A DNA stretch of 64,000 nucleotides from Minisyncoccota bacterium (GCA_031291825.1 JARLIG010000009.1:983-64982); one strand, 5' to 3'. Positions 28,440-38,661 are shown, counted from the stretch's first letter. A program made the numbers and translations. Notes: generated by a model not told the origin, from the letters alone.

Positions 28440-29243
28440 TTATAGCACTTTTTCTATTTCTTTTGATAAAAAAATCAACCAATCATTTAAAAGCTTAATG
28501 ATAATTCTGGAATCATCTGTTGGGTTTATCGCCATTTCTAGTGTCTTATACATTTCGTTTTTTTTCTCAGGATAATATTTTGAAAAACTTTCATAGCAAG
28601 TATATAAATCCCTAGTATATTTCTGTTCACGCTCCATTACCAATTCAAATCCAGTTCTTATAATACGTTTCATTATAAATGAACATTTATCTTTATACTC
28701 TTTTATATCTTGGTGTTGTTCATTTTTAAATGAATGAATATTTTTCTCTATATCATTTTTAATATCTTTATAGATAAAAGCACACTCTTTTCCTGGTTTT
28801 AATTTTGGAATATTATCGAATATATCTTTTCCATAAATACATACCGCTTGAGTTTTGAGAATTATATGTGTACCTTTTTCTTTATTAACTGCACGTTCTG
28901 GTGTAACAACAAAAATTTCAACCCTACGAACAAACGGATATTCAGTAATAATTTTTTTATTAAATTCGTTTCTCCATTCTGTGTTTATTTGTTCTTTTGG
29001 AAGATTAACAATTGCTATAGTGTCTAAGTCTGATATTTCGTCAATAGCCAAACCTTCTGCCACTGAACCTCTTATGTAAACAGAGTTAAGTATATCCCCG
29101 AAATATTTTATGTAAACATTTTTAGTTTCTTCTATGACTGGTTTCCATTTTTTTTGAAATCTATCTTCAGAAACTTTTTTTACAATAAAGCCATCTTTGT
29201 CTACCTCAAGATATCCACCGATTTTTTGTATTTTCTTTTCCAT
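28440..29243 (-). CDS. Nucleotidyltransferase-domain protein
   Basis: SVYIRGSVAEG...SDLD pol-beta motif; very AT-rich. Likely start 29243. Confidence 0.8.
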   Translation of the reverse strand: MEKKIQKIGGYLEVDKDGFIVKKVSEDRFQKKWKPVIEETKNVYIKYFGDILNSVYIRGSVAEGLAIDEISDLDTIAIVNLPKEQINTEWRNEFNKKIITEYPFVRRVEIFVVTPERAVNKEKGTHIILKTQAVCIYGKDIFDNIPKLKPGKECAFIYKDIKNDIEKNIHSFKNEQHQDIKEYKDKCSFIMKRIIRTGFELVMEREQKYTRDLYTCYESFSKYYPEKKNEMYKTLEMAINPTDDSRIIIKLLNDWLIFLSKEIEKVL

Positions 29244-29257
29244 TATTACTCTTGATT

Positions 29258-29953
29258 TTAATCCAACCAATTTTTTACTTTTAAGGCGCCCATGGCGGCT
29301 GATTGTTCAGCTTCCTGTTTTGATTTGCCTTTGCCTTCGGCAATCAAGTCTCCCCCAAAGAAAATACCCACGGTAAAATGCTTGTCATGGTCTGGGCCTG
29401 ACTGAGTCAAAACTTTATAAGCCGGTGTGACAGACACAAATTCCTGTGCTTTTTCTTGCACCAGAGACTTCGCATCACGCCAAAGTTTTTTATTCACAAT
29501 TTCTTCGGTTTTTGGCAAAAGAGTTTTGGTGATGAATTTATTGGTGACTTCATAACCTTGGTCTATATAGATAGCTCCAACTAGCGCCTCATAAGTATTG
29601 GCTAAAATATACATTCGCGCCTTGCCGTAATCTTTCGCTTCACCTTTTGACAGAAGCAAATAATCATTCATTCCTACCTCACTCGCTATTTCAGAGATAA
29701 TGATGGCATTCACTAGAGCTGAACGCAGAGCCGTCAATTCCCCCTCTGTATAATTCGGATATTTTTTATAAAGAAAATCAGTGACGATAAGCTCAAGCAC
29801 AGCGTCGCCTAAAAATTCTAAACGTTCGTTGTGCGAGTGTGATGTTCCTCCATTCTCATTGATATAAGAACGGTGCGTAAAAGATTGTTTTAGTAAAGCT
29901 TTATTTTTAAAAACTACTTTTATTTTTTTTTCAAAATCGGAAAATTGTATCAT
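29258..29953 (-). CDS. rnc: Ribonuclease III
   Basis: NERLEFLGDAVL, dsRBD GKSKQEAEQ. Confidence 0.97.
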   Translation of the reverse strand: MIQFSDFEKKIKVVFKNKALLKQSFTHRSYINENGGTSHSHNERLEFLGDAVLELIVTDFLYKKYPNYTEGELTALRSALVNAIIISEIASEVGMNDYLLLSKGEAKDYGKARMYILANTYEALVGAIYIDQGYEVTNKFITKTLLPKTEEIVNKKLWRDAKSLVQEKAQEFVSVTPAYKVLTQSGPDHDKHFTVGIFFGGDLIAEGKGKSKQEAEQSAAMGALKVKNWLD

Positions 29954-29964
29954 TTTTGTGTTAG

Positions 29965-30885
29965 CTATTTTTTGGTGATAATTTCAATTGCCTTAGCAAT
30001 CAACGGGATTATGTCATTATAAATTCGCAGTTCTGGAATTGCTGAAAGCGGAAACCATCTTGCGCCATCCAACCCACCAGACTTTTCCAATTCAAGTTCT
30101 TTGTAATCGCTTTTAGCTAAAAAGTAAACCACCTTTTTCAAACTCTTTCCCTTTTCTGGATGAGTCGCCACATATTCATTATCTCCAAGTTTTTCTTCTA
30201 ATTGAATATCTAATCCTATTTCTTTTTTAATTATTTTAATCGTTCCAACTTGTACATCCTCACCTGCTTCAAGCTTGCCCTTAGACAGAGTCCAATACCC
30301 AAAAACATCATGCACTAAGGCAAATAAAAATTCGTCGTCTTTTTTGGCATATACTAACGCGCCACTTAAAGTTTCCACTGGTAGCTGAGTAATATCCAGC
30401 GGTTCATCATGTTTCTTTTTTTTGCTGATTTGTTCTTTGCCAGGTTCGCCTATTTCTTTGTAGACGGCACCTAAAACACCATTTACAAATTTACCAGAAT
30501 TTTCTCCGCCGAAAGTTTTTGCCAGTTCGATTGATTCATTGATAGCAACCTTCGGAGGAACTTCTTTGCGGTCACCAAAAAGTAGTTCTGCTAAACCGAT
30601 ACGCAAGATATTTCTATCAATAATAGAAATTTTATCAATCGGCCAATCTGGCGCGGCTTTTTCGATGATTTCATCAATTACCACGCGCTTCTTTAGAACT
30701 TGGTCAATCAGAGAAAAGACAAAAGCATCATCTTCAAAACCAGGAGCAAATTCTTTTAAATTTCTTTTTAAAACGTTTTTTATCTCCTCATTTGATAGGT
30801 CGGCGCTTTTTTTATTATCAGGAGAAAAATCCAATTCAAAAAGGGTCTGAAGAACTATTGATCTGGAAAGGTGCCTATTTGACAT
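29965..30885 (-). CDS. nusB: NusB fused to a NUDIX-like domain
   Basis: RHLSR..LQTLFE, IDRNILR, VAINESIELAKTFG, FVNGVLG; C-terminal WTLSKGK NUDIX fold. Confidence 0.9.
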   Translation of the reverse strand: MSNRHLSRSIVLQTLFELDFSPDNKKSADLSNEEIKNVLKRNLKEFAPGFEDDAFVFSLIDQVLKKRVVIDEIIEKAAPDWPIDKISIIDRNILRIGLAELLFGDRKEVPPKVAINESIELAKTFGGENSGKFVNGVLGAVYKEIGEPGKEQISKKKKHDEPLDITQLPVETLSGALVYAKKDDEFLFALVHDVFGYWTLSKGKLEAGEDVQVGTIKIIKKEIGLDIQLEEKLGDNEYVATHPEKGKSLKKVVYFLAKSDYKELELEKSGGLDGARWFPLSAIPELRIYNDIIPLIAKAIEIITKK

Positions 30886-30889
30886 TGTT

Positions 30890-30965
30890 TTAGGCGTTAG
30901 GCGTTAGGCGTTAGGCTTTAGCTTTTTATACTCGCTAGTGCCTAGGGCCTAGGGCCTAATCGCTA
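30890..30965. repeat. Two roughly inverted heptamer arrays between rpmF and nusB
   Basis: (ttaggcg)x3 ttaggct ttagctt ... ctagtgc ctagggc ctagggc ctaatcg. Confidence 0.85.
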
Positions 30966-30969
30966 TTTA

Positions 30970-31194
30970 CTAACTCTGCGCTACTTTTGCCTTGGCTTTC
31001 TTTTGCTTCTTTTCCACTTTTTTGATTAAATCGATAACCTTTTTACCACGGTAAAATCCACAAGCGGAACAGACAGTGTGTCGTCGTTTTAAAGCTTGGC
31101 AATTTTCGCACTTCGTAAAACTCGTACTCTCCAAAGCATGGTGAGAACGGCGGTTCTTCGTATGCGATTTTGTATGTCTCATTCGTACTACCAT
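30970..31194 (-). CDS. rpmF: 50S ribosomal protein L32
   Basis: HTKNRRSH, CENC..HTVCSACGFY. Confidence 0.95.
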   Translation of the reverse strand: MVVRMRHTKSHTKNRRSHHALESTSFTKCENCQALKRRHTVCSACGFYRGKKVIDLIKKVEKKQKKAKAKVAQS

Positions 31195-31267
31195 AATGGA
31201 TACATACTAGCATATTTAAAGCGGAAAGCAATTTTCATATTAATAACAATGTGGTATTATGTATTTT

Positions 31268-33019
31268 ATGGACAAGAATGAAAAAATTAACCACCAGAGA
31301 CATACCCTAGCGCATCTTTTGGCTGCGACCGTCGGAAAGATATATAAATTCGATAAAATCAAACTAACCCTCGGTCCAGCAGTTGATAATGGCTTCTATT
31401 ATGATATTGATTTTGGTGATGAGAAAGTGAGCGATACTGATTTGAAAAAAATCGAAGATACAATGCGTAAGGAATTGCCAAAATGGACTGAATTTACACA
31501 CAAAGAAATCAGTAAGGATGAAGCTTTGAAATTCTTCAAAAATGAATATAAGGCAGAGTTGATAAATGAAATTTCTGAACGTGGAGAAAAAATCACCACT
31601 TATACTTGTGGTGGTTTTACAGACTTATGCCGTGGCGGACATTTGGAACACCCAGCGACTGAAATAGACCCTGCTTCATTTAAGCTCGACCGTGTCGCTG
31701 GAGCTTACTGGCGTGGCGATGAGAAAAATAAAATGCTGACTCGTATTTATGGACTCGCCTTTGCAACCAAAGCAGAACTTGATGCTTATATTCTGCAACA
31801 AGAAGAAGCTAGAAAAAGAGACCATCGAAAACTGGGCAAGGAACTAAAATTATTTACTATTTCTGATTTAGTTGGAGCAGGACTTCCCCTTCTACAACCA
31901 AACGGAATGATTATCCGAAAAGAAATAGAAGATTATCTTTGGGATTTACATAAGAATAAAGGCTATAGTCGAGTTTGGACTCCACATATTACCAAACAAG
32001 GTCTATATGAAACTTCTGGACATGCAGCCAAATTTGGTAATGAACTTTTTCGAGTCAAAGGCGGTGACGAAGAATTTTTTATGAAGCCAATGAACTGTCC
32101 GCACCACATGCAGATTTTTGTTGATAACCAATTCTCGTATCGCGATATGCCAGTAAGATATTTTGAACCAGCAACCGTTTATCGTTATGAAAAGGCTGGC
32201 CAGCTTTCAGGGCTGACCCGCGTTCGAGCGATTACTCAAGATGATGGACATCTCTTTTGCCGAGTCTCACAAATAGGACAAGAAGTTAGCACTATTGTAG
32301 GAATAATAAAATCTTTTTATTCAACAATGAATATGATGGAAGGATACTGGGTCAGGTTATCTGTCCGTGGAGATGATATGAGTAAATATTTGGGTAGTGA
32401 TGAAGTCTGGAACAAAGCAGAAAGTGCTTTGGAAATAGCTGCTAAAGAAAATAAATTAAATTATAAAATAGGACGAGATGAAGCAGCTTTTTATGGACCA
32501 AAATTAGACTTTATGTTTAAAGATGCCATTGGACGTGAATGGCAACTCGCCACCATCCAATGCGACTTTAACTTACCAGAAAGATTCCAATTAAAATTTA
32601 CAAACGAAAAAGGAGAAGAAGAAAGACCTGTGGTCATTCATCGTGCAATTTCTGGTTCACTTGAAAGATTTATGGGCGTGATGATTGAACACTATGCTGG
32701 CAACTTCCCTCTTTGGCTTTCTCCAGTGCAGGTAAAAGTTATTCCAGTACGAGAAAACCACAATGAATATGCCAAGAAAGTTTTCGAATTACTAAAAGAG
32801 CATGATATTCGTGCTGAGTTTGATGATGCTGATTTAAACTTAGGTACTAAAGTTCGCGACGCGAAAAATAATAAAATGCCTTACTGGATAGTAATTGGCG
32901 ATAAAGAAGTGGAAGCAGACAAAGTCACATTGGAATCTCGTGATAATGGTCAGCTTGGACAAATATCAAAAGAAGAACTTGTAAAAAAGCTTTTGGAGGA
33001 AATTAAACAAAAGAAATAA
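31268..33019 (+). CDS. thrS: Threonine--tRNA ligase (no TGS domain)
   Basis: HTLAH, DLCRGGH, RDHRKLG, KPMNCP, FYGPKLD, HRAISGS.ERF. Confidence 0.97.
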   Translation: MDKNEKINHQRHTLAHLLAATVGKIYKFDKIKLTLGPAVDNGFYYDIDFGDEKVSDTDLKKIEDTMRKELPKWTEFTHKEISKDEALKFFKNEYKAELINEISERGEKITTYTCGGFTDLCRGGHLEHPATEIDPASFKLDRVAGAYWRGDEKNKMLTRIYGLAFATKAELDAYILQQEEARKRDHRKLGKELKLFTISDLVGAGLPLLQPNGMIIRKEIEDYLWDLHKNKGYSRVWTPHITKQGLYETSGHAAKFGNELFRVKGGDEEFFMKPMNCPHHMQIFVDNQFSYRDMPVRYFEPATVYRYEKAGQLSGLTRVRAITQDDGHLFCRVSQIGQEVSTIVGIIKSFYSTMNMMEGYWVRLSVRGDDMSKYLGSDEVWNKAESALEIAAKENKLNYKIGRDEAAFYGPKLDFMFKDAIGREWQLATIQCDFNLPERFQLKFTNEKGEEERPVVIHRAISGSLERFMGVMIEHYAGNFPLWLSPVQVKVIPVRENHNEYAKKVFELLKEHDIRAEFDDADLNLGTKVRDAKNNKMPYWIVIGDKEVEADKVTLESRDNGQLGQISKEELVKKLLEEIKQKK

Positions 33020-33034
33020 TCAGATAAATAACCT

Positions 33035-33571
33035 ATGAATGAAAAAGAATTATCGGAAGCAACGTTAGGCTTTCTCATAAAGGATGGGCATGTTTGGCTT
33101 GCTATAAAAACCAGAAACATAGGTAAGGACCGCTGGAATGGTTATGGAGGTGGAATGGAACCAGAAGATAAAAATATCGTAGACTGTCTAAAAAGAGAAG
33201 TGCTTAAAGAGTGTGAAGTTGAAATTACAGAAAAAGCAACAGAGAAAGTAGCAGTTATAGATTTTCACAACACAAAAAGTGATGGAAAAACTTTTGTGTG
33301 CAAAGTACATGTTTTTCTAATTAGAGAGTGGAGTGGAACACCTAAAGAAAGCGAAGAGATGGCATCTCCAACTGAATTTGAAATGAGTAAATTACCACTT
33401 GAAAATATGATGGCAGCAGACAAAGAGTGGCTACCGATAGTTTTGGCTGGCGAAAAGCTGGTTGGCGAATATCATTATGGACCGTTTCAACAAGAACTCA
33501 TCAAAGAAGGAAAATTTAAAATGGTTAAAGAATTACCTGGAGAACATTTAAGAGAATTCAAAATTCACTAA
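33035..33571 (+). CDS. NUDIX hydrolase (MutT/MTH1-like)
   Basis: WNGYGGGME..CLKREVLKEC, ESEEM, MMAADKEW. Confidence 0.85.
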   Translation: MNEKELSEATLGFLIKDGHVWLAIKTRNIGKDRWNGYGGGMEPEDKNIVDCLKREVLKECEVEITEKATEKVAVIDFHNTKSDGKTFVCKVHVFLIREWSGTPKESEEMASPTEFEMSKLPLENMMAADKEWLPIVLAGEKLVGEYHYGPFQQELIKEGKFKMVKELPGEHLREFKIH

Positions 33572-33645
33572 AAACTTTTATAAAAAGTCATACCCTGTAT
33601 AAATAAAAAAGTTTTATAAGAATTCTCTTATAAAACCTGAATTTA

Positions 33646-33828
33646 CTATCCTCTCATTTTCCACATCCTGTTTACTTCTTGAAAAATTTCTGGATTATTG
33701 TTTTCCCATTTCAGGGTTGCTTCCTTTATGATGGGATCTCTGTCTCTCACGCCCCTACCAGTGTGAGCTAGGACATAAGATATATACCTATTTCTTCTCT
33801 CTTTTCGTTGTATGTTTGTTTCTTGCAT
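33646..33828 (-). CDS. Small hypothetical protein (60 aa)
   Basis: Only ORF in the intergenic gap; hydrophilic; hairpins downstream. Confidence 0.5.
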   Translation of the reverse strand: MQETNIQRKERRNRYISYVLAHTGRGVRDRDPIIKEATLKWENNNPEIFQEVNRMWKMRG

Positions 33829-33944
33829 AATTACGTGTTTTTTTTAATAAATTAATTTTTTTTAATTTAGATATTTAAACTCCAGACCACAATAAAATAT
33901 CTCCTTATCTTATATGAGAAATAAAAAAGTGCTGTAAATTATTT

Positions 33945-36035
33945 CTAGATATCGATTTCGGCTAGCTTGGCGTTTGATTGGATGAATGATTTTCTGGGGG
34001 GAACTTCGGAGCCCATCAGAATATCAAAAATTTTATTTGCTTCTTCGGCGTCACCAATCATTACTTTTTTTAAGACACGATGCGCTGGATCCATGGTCGT
34101 CTCCCAAAGTTCTTCTGGATTCATTTCTCCGAGACCTTTATAGCGCTGAATATGAATCTTGTTTGATTTTTTAGCAGTTTCTTCTTTTGTTTCTTCTTCC
34201 TCTTCGATGGGTTCATCTCCCTCTACTACTTCTTGTATCTCGCTTACATCTCCACTCTTGCCCACAATTTTTATTTTTTCTTCATCAGTATAAGCGTAAG
34301 AAATTTCTTTGCCTTTTTTTATTTTATAAAGCGGTGGTTGAGCGATATAAATGTATCCAGCATCAATCACTGCTCTGAAATATCGATAGAAAAGAGTCAG
34401 TAATAGTGTGCTGATGTGCGCACCGTCCACGTCGGCATCGGTCGCAATGATTATTTTATGATAACGCATTTTTTCTAAATCAAAGGTATCACCAATCGAG
34501 GTGCCCATAGCAATCACCAACGATTTCACTTCTCTGGAAGCTAACATCTTGTCTATACGCGCACGCTCAACATTTAAAATCTTTCCTCGAAGTGGCAAGA
34601 TGGCTTGAGTTCGACGATCTCGTCCTTGTTTCGCACTACCGCCCGCAGAATCTCCCTCCACAATAAATAGTTCCGAGTCAGCAGCATTTTTACTTTGACA
34701 ATCAGCCAACTTTCCCGGCAAAGTCATACCTTCAAGTGCGCCTTTACGTAAAATAGAATCCTTTGCGGCTTTGGCGGCTTTACGAGCCTTTAAGGCAAGA
34801 ATTGATTTATTGATTATGACTTTTGCTTCATCGGGATTTTCTTCTAAGAAGTTTGCAAAAGCTTCGCCGAAAACAGTCGCTACGGCACCCTGAGCTTCCA
34901 TACTGCCGAGCTTAGCCTTAGTCTGACCTTCAAATTGTATTTCGCGAAGCTTTACAGAGATGACTGCTGTCAAACCTTCCAAAACATCATCGCCGGTAAA
35001 TCCACCTTCGGACTCTTTCATCATTTCATTCTTCTTGCAGTAAGTATTTAAGGTTCGAGTCAAAGCTGTTTTAAAACCAGTCACATGTGTACCACCTTCT
35101 GGTGTATTGATATTGTTCGCAAAAGGAATAATGCGTTCTGAAATATCATCCACGTATTGCAAAGCTATTTCCACGCCGACATTGTCTAACTCTTTTTCAA
35201 CATAAAAAATATTATTCTGAACTGGCTTTTGAAATTTATTTAAATATTTTACGAGCGAAACCAACCCACCTTCGAAATAGAAAGACACGGAAGGAATCTC
35301 CAACCCGAGTTCTCTAAAATAGAATACGTCCGATGTGTCTATTTTTCCTTCCACTCCGCGGGCGTCAATAATAAGTATTTTTAATTTTTTAACCAGGTAG
35401 GCTTGTTGACGAATGTGAGCCACAACCGTATTCCAATCAAATTTTATATCGCCAAAGATTTCTTTGTCCGGTTCAAAAGTGATAATTGTGCCGTGCAGTT
35501 TTGAAGAACTCACTTTTTTGACTGCAGACTTTCTTTTACCCTGAGAATATTCTTGCATATATCTGCCACCATCGCGACAAACTTCTGCTTCACAGAAAAC
35601 AGAAAGCGCATTCACAACAGAAGCGCCGACTCCGTGCAATCCTCCAGAGACTTTATATCCTTCTCCGCCGAATTTTCCTCCAGCATGCAGTGTAGTCATA
35701 ACAGTTTCGAGTGCAGAAACTTTTGTCTTCTTGTGCATATCCACGGGAATACCTCGGCCATTGTCGGCTACGCGAATTCGATTATTTGGCAAAAGTACAA
35801 TTTCAATATCATCACAAAAACCACCCATCGCTTCATCACGGGAATTGTCAAAAATCTCCCAAACTAGGTGGTGTAAGCCTTCAGGACCAGTTGTACCAAT
35901 GTACATACCAGGACGGCGCCTAACAGGCTCTAGGCCCTCTAGAACTGAAATGTCAGAAGCATCATAACGATGCCCCTTGTCGGAGACATTATCTGTTCTG
36001 CCGGCATCTTTTTTGCCCTCTTTTCCTTTTGCCAT
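33945..36035 (-). CDS. gyrB: DNA gyrase subunit B
   Basis: GLEPVRRRPGMYIG, GGLHGVG, VEGDSAGG, PLRGKILN, DADVDG, QRYKGLGEM. Confidence 0.97.
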   Translation of the reverse strand: MAKGKEGKKDAGRTDNVSDKGHRYDASDISVLEGLEPVRRRPGMYIGTTGPEGLHHLVWEIFDNSRDEAMGGFCDDIEIVLLPNNRIRVADNGRGIPVDMHKKTKVSALETVMTTLHAGGKFGGEGYKVSGGLHGVGASVVNALSVFCEAEVCRDGGRYMQEYSQGKRKSAVKKVSSSKLHGTIITFEPDKEIFGDIKFDWNTVVAHIRQQAYLVKKLKILIIDARGVEGKIDTSDVFYFRELGLEIPSVSFYFEGGLVSLVKYLNKFQKPVQNNIFYVEKELDNVGVEIALQYVDDISERIIPFANNINTPEGGTHVTGFKTALTRTLNTYCKKNEMMKESEGGFTGDDVLEGLTAVISVKLREIQFEGQTKAKLGSMEAQGAVATVFGEAFANFLEENPDEAKVIINKSILALKARKAAKAAKDSILRKGALEGMTLPGKLADCQSKNAADSELFIVEGDSAGGSAKQGRDRRTQAILPLRGKILNVERARIDKMLASREVKSLVIAMGTSIGDTFDLEKMRYHKIIIATDADVDGAHISTLLLTLFYRYFRAVIDAGYIYIAQPPLYKIKKGKEISYAYTDEEKIKIVGKSGDVSEIQEVVEGDEPIEEEEETKEETAKKSNKIHIQRYKGLGEMNPEELWETTMDPAHRVLKKVMIGDAEEANKIFDILMGSEVPPRKSFIQSNAKLAEIDI

Positions 36036-36056
36036 ATGGGTCTATTATAGCAGAGT

Positions 36057-37865
36057 TTATCTCACCTGCCAACCATTATTCTCCTTGATTTTATTAGTTA
36101 TTTTAGTCATAATATCGTTCACTTCTTGGTCAGTCAAAGTCCTTTCGTAAGACTGAAAAACTAATCTAAAAGCGTAAGAAATTTTCCCATCTTTTTTAAA
36201 TTCATCAAAAAGTTCTGGTCCTCGCACAACCACCTCTCCCATATTTTCTTTTATTATTTTTTCTACTTTGGAACTTTTTACGTCCTCTCCCACCCAGACT
36301 GCCATATCACGTGCGATAAAAGGAAACAGGGACCACATTTTAAATATCGGAGCAGAATTCTGCTGGCGGAAGGTTCCAGCCGAAGGCTGGAGTAATGCCG
36401 AAGAATTCTGCTCCGATATTTCTTTACAGAATTCATTGAGTGTCATTTCTTTTACTTCTTTTTTGTTTCCGAAGGCAATATGCATTTCTTCCCCGCTCTT
36501 TTTAAACACCGTTCCAATTTCAAAAACTTTCGCTTGTTCTACTCCCAAAAGCGGCGCATTGGCTTGATTTAACTTTACGCTTTCTTTTAATCCGTCCGAT
36601 AAATTTGTTCGCAAAAAGTTTTTGTCGGAAGCCGAAGCCAAGACAGACACTTCTCCTTTGTTACTGAAACTCGTATTCATCACCTCAGAATATCCATCAT
36701 TTAACAATTTGTGTCTGGCCCAAAGAATTTTTGAATATGTTTCATTTACTTTTGGTTTAAAATTTATTTTAGGAATATTCCCTTTTACTTTGTCGTAGCC
36801 TAAAATTCTTCCTACTTCTTCCGCCATATCTTCTTCAATCACTAAATCTAGTCGCATTGGTGGCACTGTAATTTCAAAACTTCCCCTATCTTCGCTGTAT
36901 TCAAAATTATATTTCTTTAAAATATTTTTGATTTCATCAATTGAAATGCCCACGCCTAAAATTTTAGAAATTTTATCAACGGAAAAAGAAAGTTTTTTAA
37001 CTTCCTGCTTCTTTGGGTAAACATCGACAACATCTTCAAAGGAGGCCAGAGGACACATTTCTAAGATAAGAGCTGAAAATTCAAGCATGGCATAAGAACC
37101 GAGCTCTGGAGACAAATCATTTTCAAAACGCTTTTTGGCATCAGTGACGATGTTTAAAGCTTGAGCGGTTTTGCGAACGGAAGTCGGGTCAAAATTTGCT
37201 ACCTCTAAAATAATATTTTTTGTGTCATTATTTACTTCCGCAATTTTTCCACCTTTTATCCCAGCCACGGCAAGAACATTTTTAGCGTCGGCAATAACCA
37301 AATGAGAAGTTTCTAATTTACAATCTTTGTTGTCTAATGTTGTCATCTTTTCACTATCTTTTGCCATGCGAGCCACCAACTTCTCACTCACTTTATCTAA
37401 ATCAAAAACATGTGTCGGCTGACCACAATCAAACATCACAATGTTTGCCGCATCCACCATATTATTAATGCTTCTCTGCCCTACTGATTCCAAATGCTTT
37501 ACTACCCACTCTGGAGAAGGACCAACTTTTACATTGCGAATGATTCGCCCCATGTATCGACGACATTTATCACTTTCTATTTCTATCTTTAGATTAGTCA
37601 ATTTTGATTCTGGAATTTTATATTTTGGAGTGGGGTCAACAAATTTTATATTTAAAAGTGAAGCGAGTTCTCGAGCTACTCCTTGATGTGAAAGCAAATC
37701 ATGTGCGCGGTTTGGTAAAACTTTAATATCAAAAATAATATCTCCATCAGATTTTTTTTCCAGACTTTCTACCTCGCAAAGATGGTAATTAAAAATATCA
37801 ACCAATTTTTCAGCTTCGGGAGCTTCTGGGATATACCATTTGAGCCAATTGTAGGAAATATTCAT
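36057..37865 (-). CDS. pheT: Phenylalanine--tRNA ligase beta subunit (short form)
   Basis: ISYNWL, PNRAHDLLSH.GVARE, B3/4, B5 and FDX-ACB (ARDMAV, SYAFRL, RTLTD). Confidence 0.95.
   Translation of the reverse strand: MNISYNWLKWYIPEAPEAEKLVDIFNYHLCEVESLEKKSDGDIIFDIKVLPNRAHDLLSHQGVARELASLLNIKFVDPTPKYKIPESKLTNLKIEIESDKCRRYMGRIIRNVKVGPSPEWVVKHLESVGQRSINNMVDAANIVMFDCGQPTHVFDLDKVSEKLVARMAKDSEKMTTLDNKDCKLETSHLVIADAKNVLAVAGIKGGKIAEVNNDTKNIILEVANFDPTSVRKTAQALNIVTDAKKRFENDLSPELGSYAMLEFSALILEMCPLASFEDVVDVYPKKQEVKKLSFSVDKISKILGVGISIDEIKNILKKYNFEYSEDRGSFEITVPPMRLDLVIEEDMAEEVGRILGYDKVKGNIPKINFKPKVNETYSKILWARHKLLNDGYSEVMNTSFSNKGEVSVLASASDKNFLRTNLSDGLKESVKLNQANAPLLGVEQAKVFEIGTVFKKSGEEMHIAFGNKKEVKEMTLNEFCKEISEQNSSALLQPSAGTFRQQNSAPIFKMWSLFPFIARDMAVWVGEDVKSSKVEKIIKENMGEVVVRGPELFDEFKKDGKISYAFRLVFQSYERTLTDQEVNDIMTKITNKIKENNGWQVR
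36342..36421 (+). mobile_element. Coding palindromic element (family P) in pheT
   Basis: Perfect 20-bp inverted arms aaatatcggagcagaattct / agaattctgctccgatattt around core ggaaggttccagccgaaggctggagtaa. Confidence 0.9.
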
Positions 37866-37869
37866 AAAA

Positions 37870-38661
37870 TTAAAACTGATTGAGTCTCAAATCTCCCTGA
37901 TAAAAGAAACGTACATCGGAAATACCCCATTTAATCATCGCAATACGGTCGAGCCCATGTCCAAAAGCAAACCCTTGCACCTTCTTCGGGTCCAAGCCAA
38001 TATTGCGCAAAACATTCGGATGCAGCATTCCAGAGCCACCCATCTCTAGCCATTTACCTTTGAACTTCGCAAAAACTTCCAGCGAGGGTTCAGTGAATGG
38101 GAAAAAGCTTGGCCTAAATTCAATGACAACTTCTTCGCCCAACATTTTTTTATAAAATTGAGTCAGCACGCCTTTCATATCCGCCACCGAAATATTCTCC
38201 CCTACCATCGCGCCATCTATCTGGTAAAATTGCATTTCGTGCGTCGCGTCGGTCGCTTCGTTTCTGAAAACTTTTCCAATGGAAATAAAAGCGGCAGGGA
38301 TTCTGCCCTCTTTCCCTGCTTGTTCAATCGCCCGCGCAGTGACGGAAGTCGTGTGCGTACGAAGCACAAGAGAAGCAGGAGAAGAATTTTTTTCGTGGAA
38401 GGTTCCAGCCGAAGGCTGGAGTAAGCGAGAAAAATTCTTCTCCTGCGAATCTTTAATAAAAAAAGTGTCCTGCATATCACGGGCTGGATGATCTTTCGGA
38501 ACATTTAAAACATCAAAGTTATACCATTCACTTTCCAACTCTGGTCCAGTCGCAATTTCAAAGCCCATATCCGAAAAAACCTGAAGAGCCTCTTGCGCCA
38601 ACAACGAAAGCGGATGGATTGTTCCAGAGTCTAATTTTTTTTCATTTTCTTCGTTGCTCAT
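37870..38661 (-). CDS. pheS: Phenylalanine--tRNA ligase alpha subunit (lacks N-terminal coiled coil)
   Basis: HPARDMQDTF, LRTHT, DATH..F.Q, FPFTEPS, GFAFG.G.DR. Confidence 0.96.
   Translation of the reverse strand: MSNEENEKKLDSGTIHPLSLLAQEALQVFSDMGFEIATGPELESEWYNFDVLNVPKDHPARDMQDTFFIKDSQEKNFSRLLQPSAGTFHEKNSSPASLVLRTHTTSVTARAIEQAGKEGRIPAAFISIGKVFRNEATDATHEMQFYQIDGAMVGENISVADMKGVLTQFYKKMLGEEVVIEFRPSFFPFTEPSLEVFAKFKGKWLEMGGSGMLHPNVLRNIGLDPKKVQGFAFGHGLDRIAMIKWGISDVRFFYQGDLRLNQF
38375..38446 (+). mobile_element. Coding palindromic element (family P) in pheS
   Basis: 21-bp arms with 1 mismatch (gcaggagaagaatttttttcg / cgagaaaaattcttctcctgc); core identical to the pheT copy. Confidence 0.9.

Noticed and set aside
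34170-34270. Acidic insert in GyrB as another repeat insertion
   Set aside because: No palindrome or repeat core; low-complexity Glu-rich loop at a known variable position.
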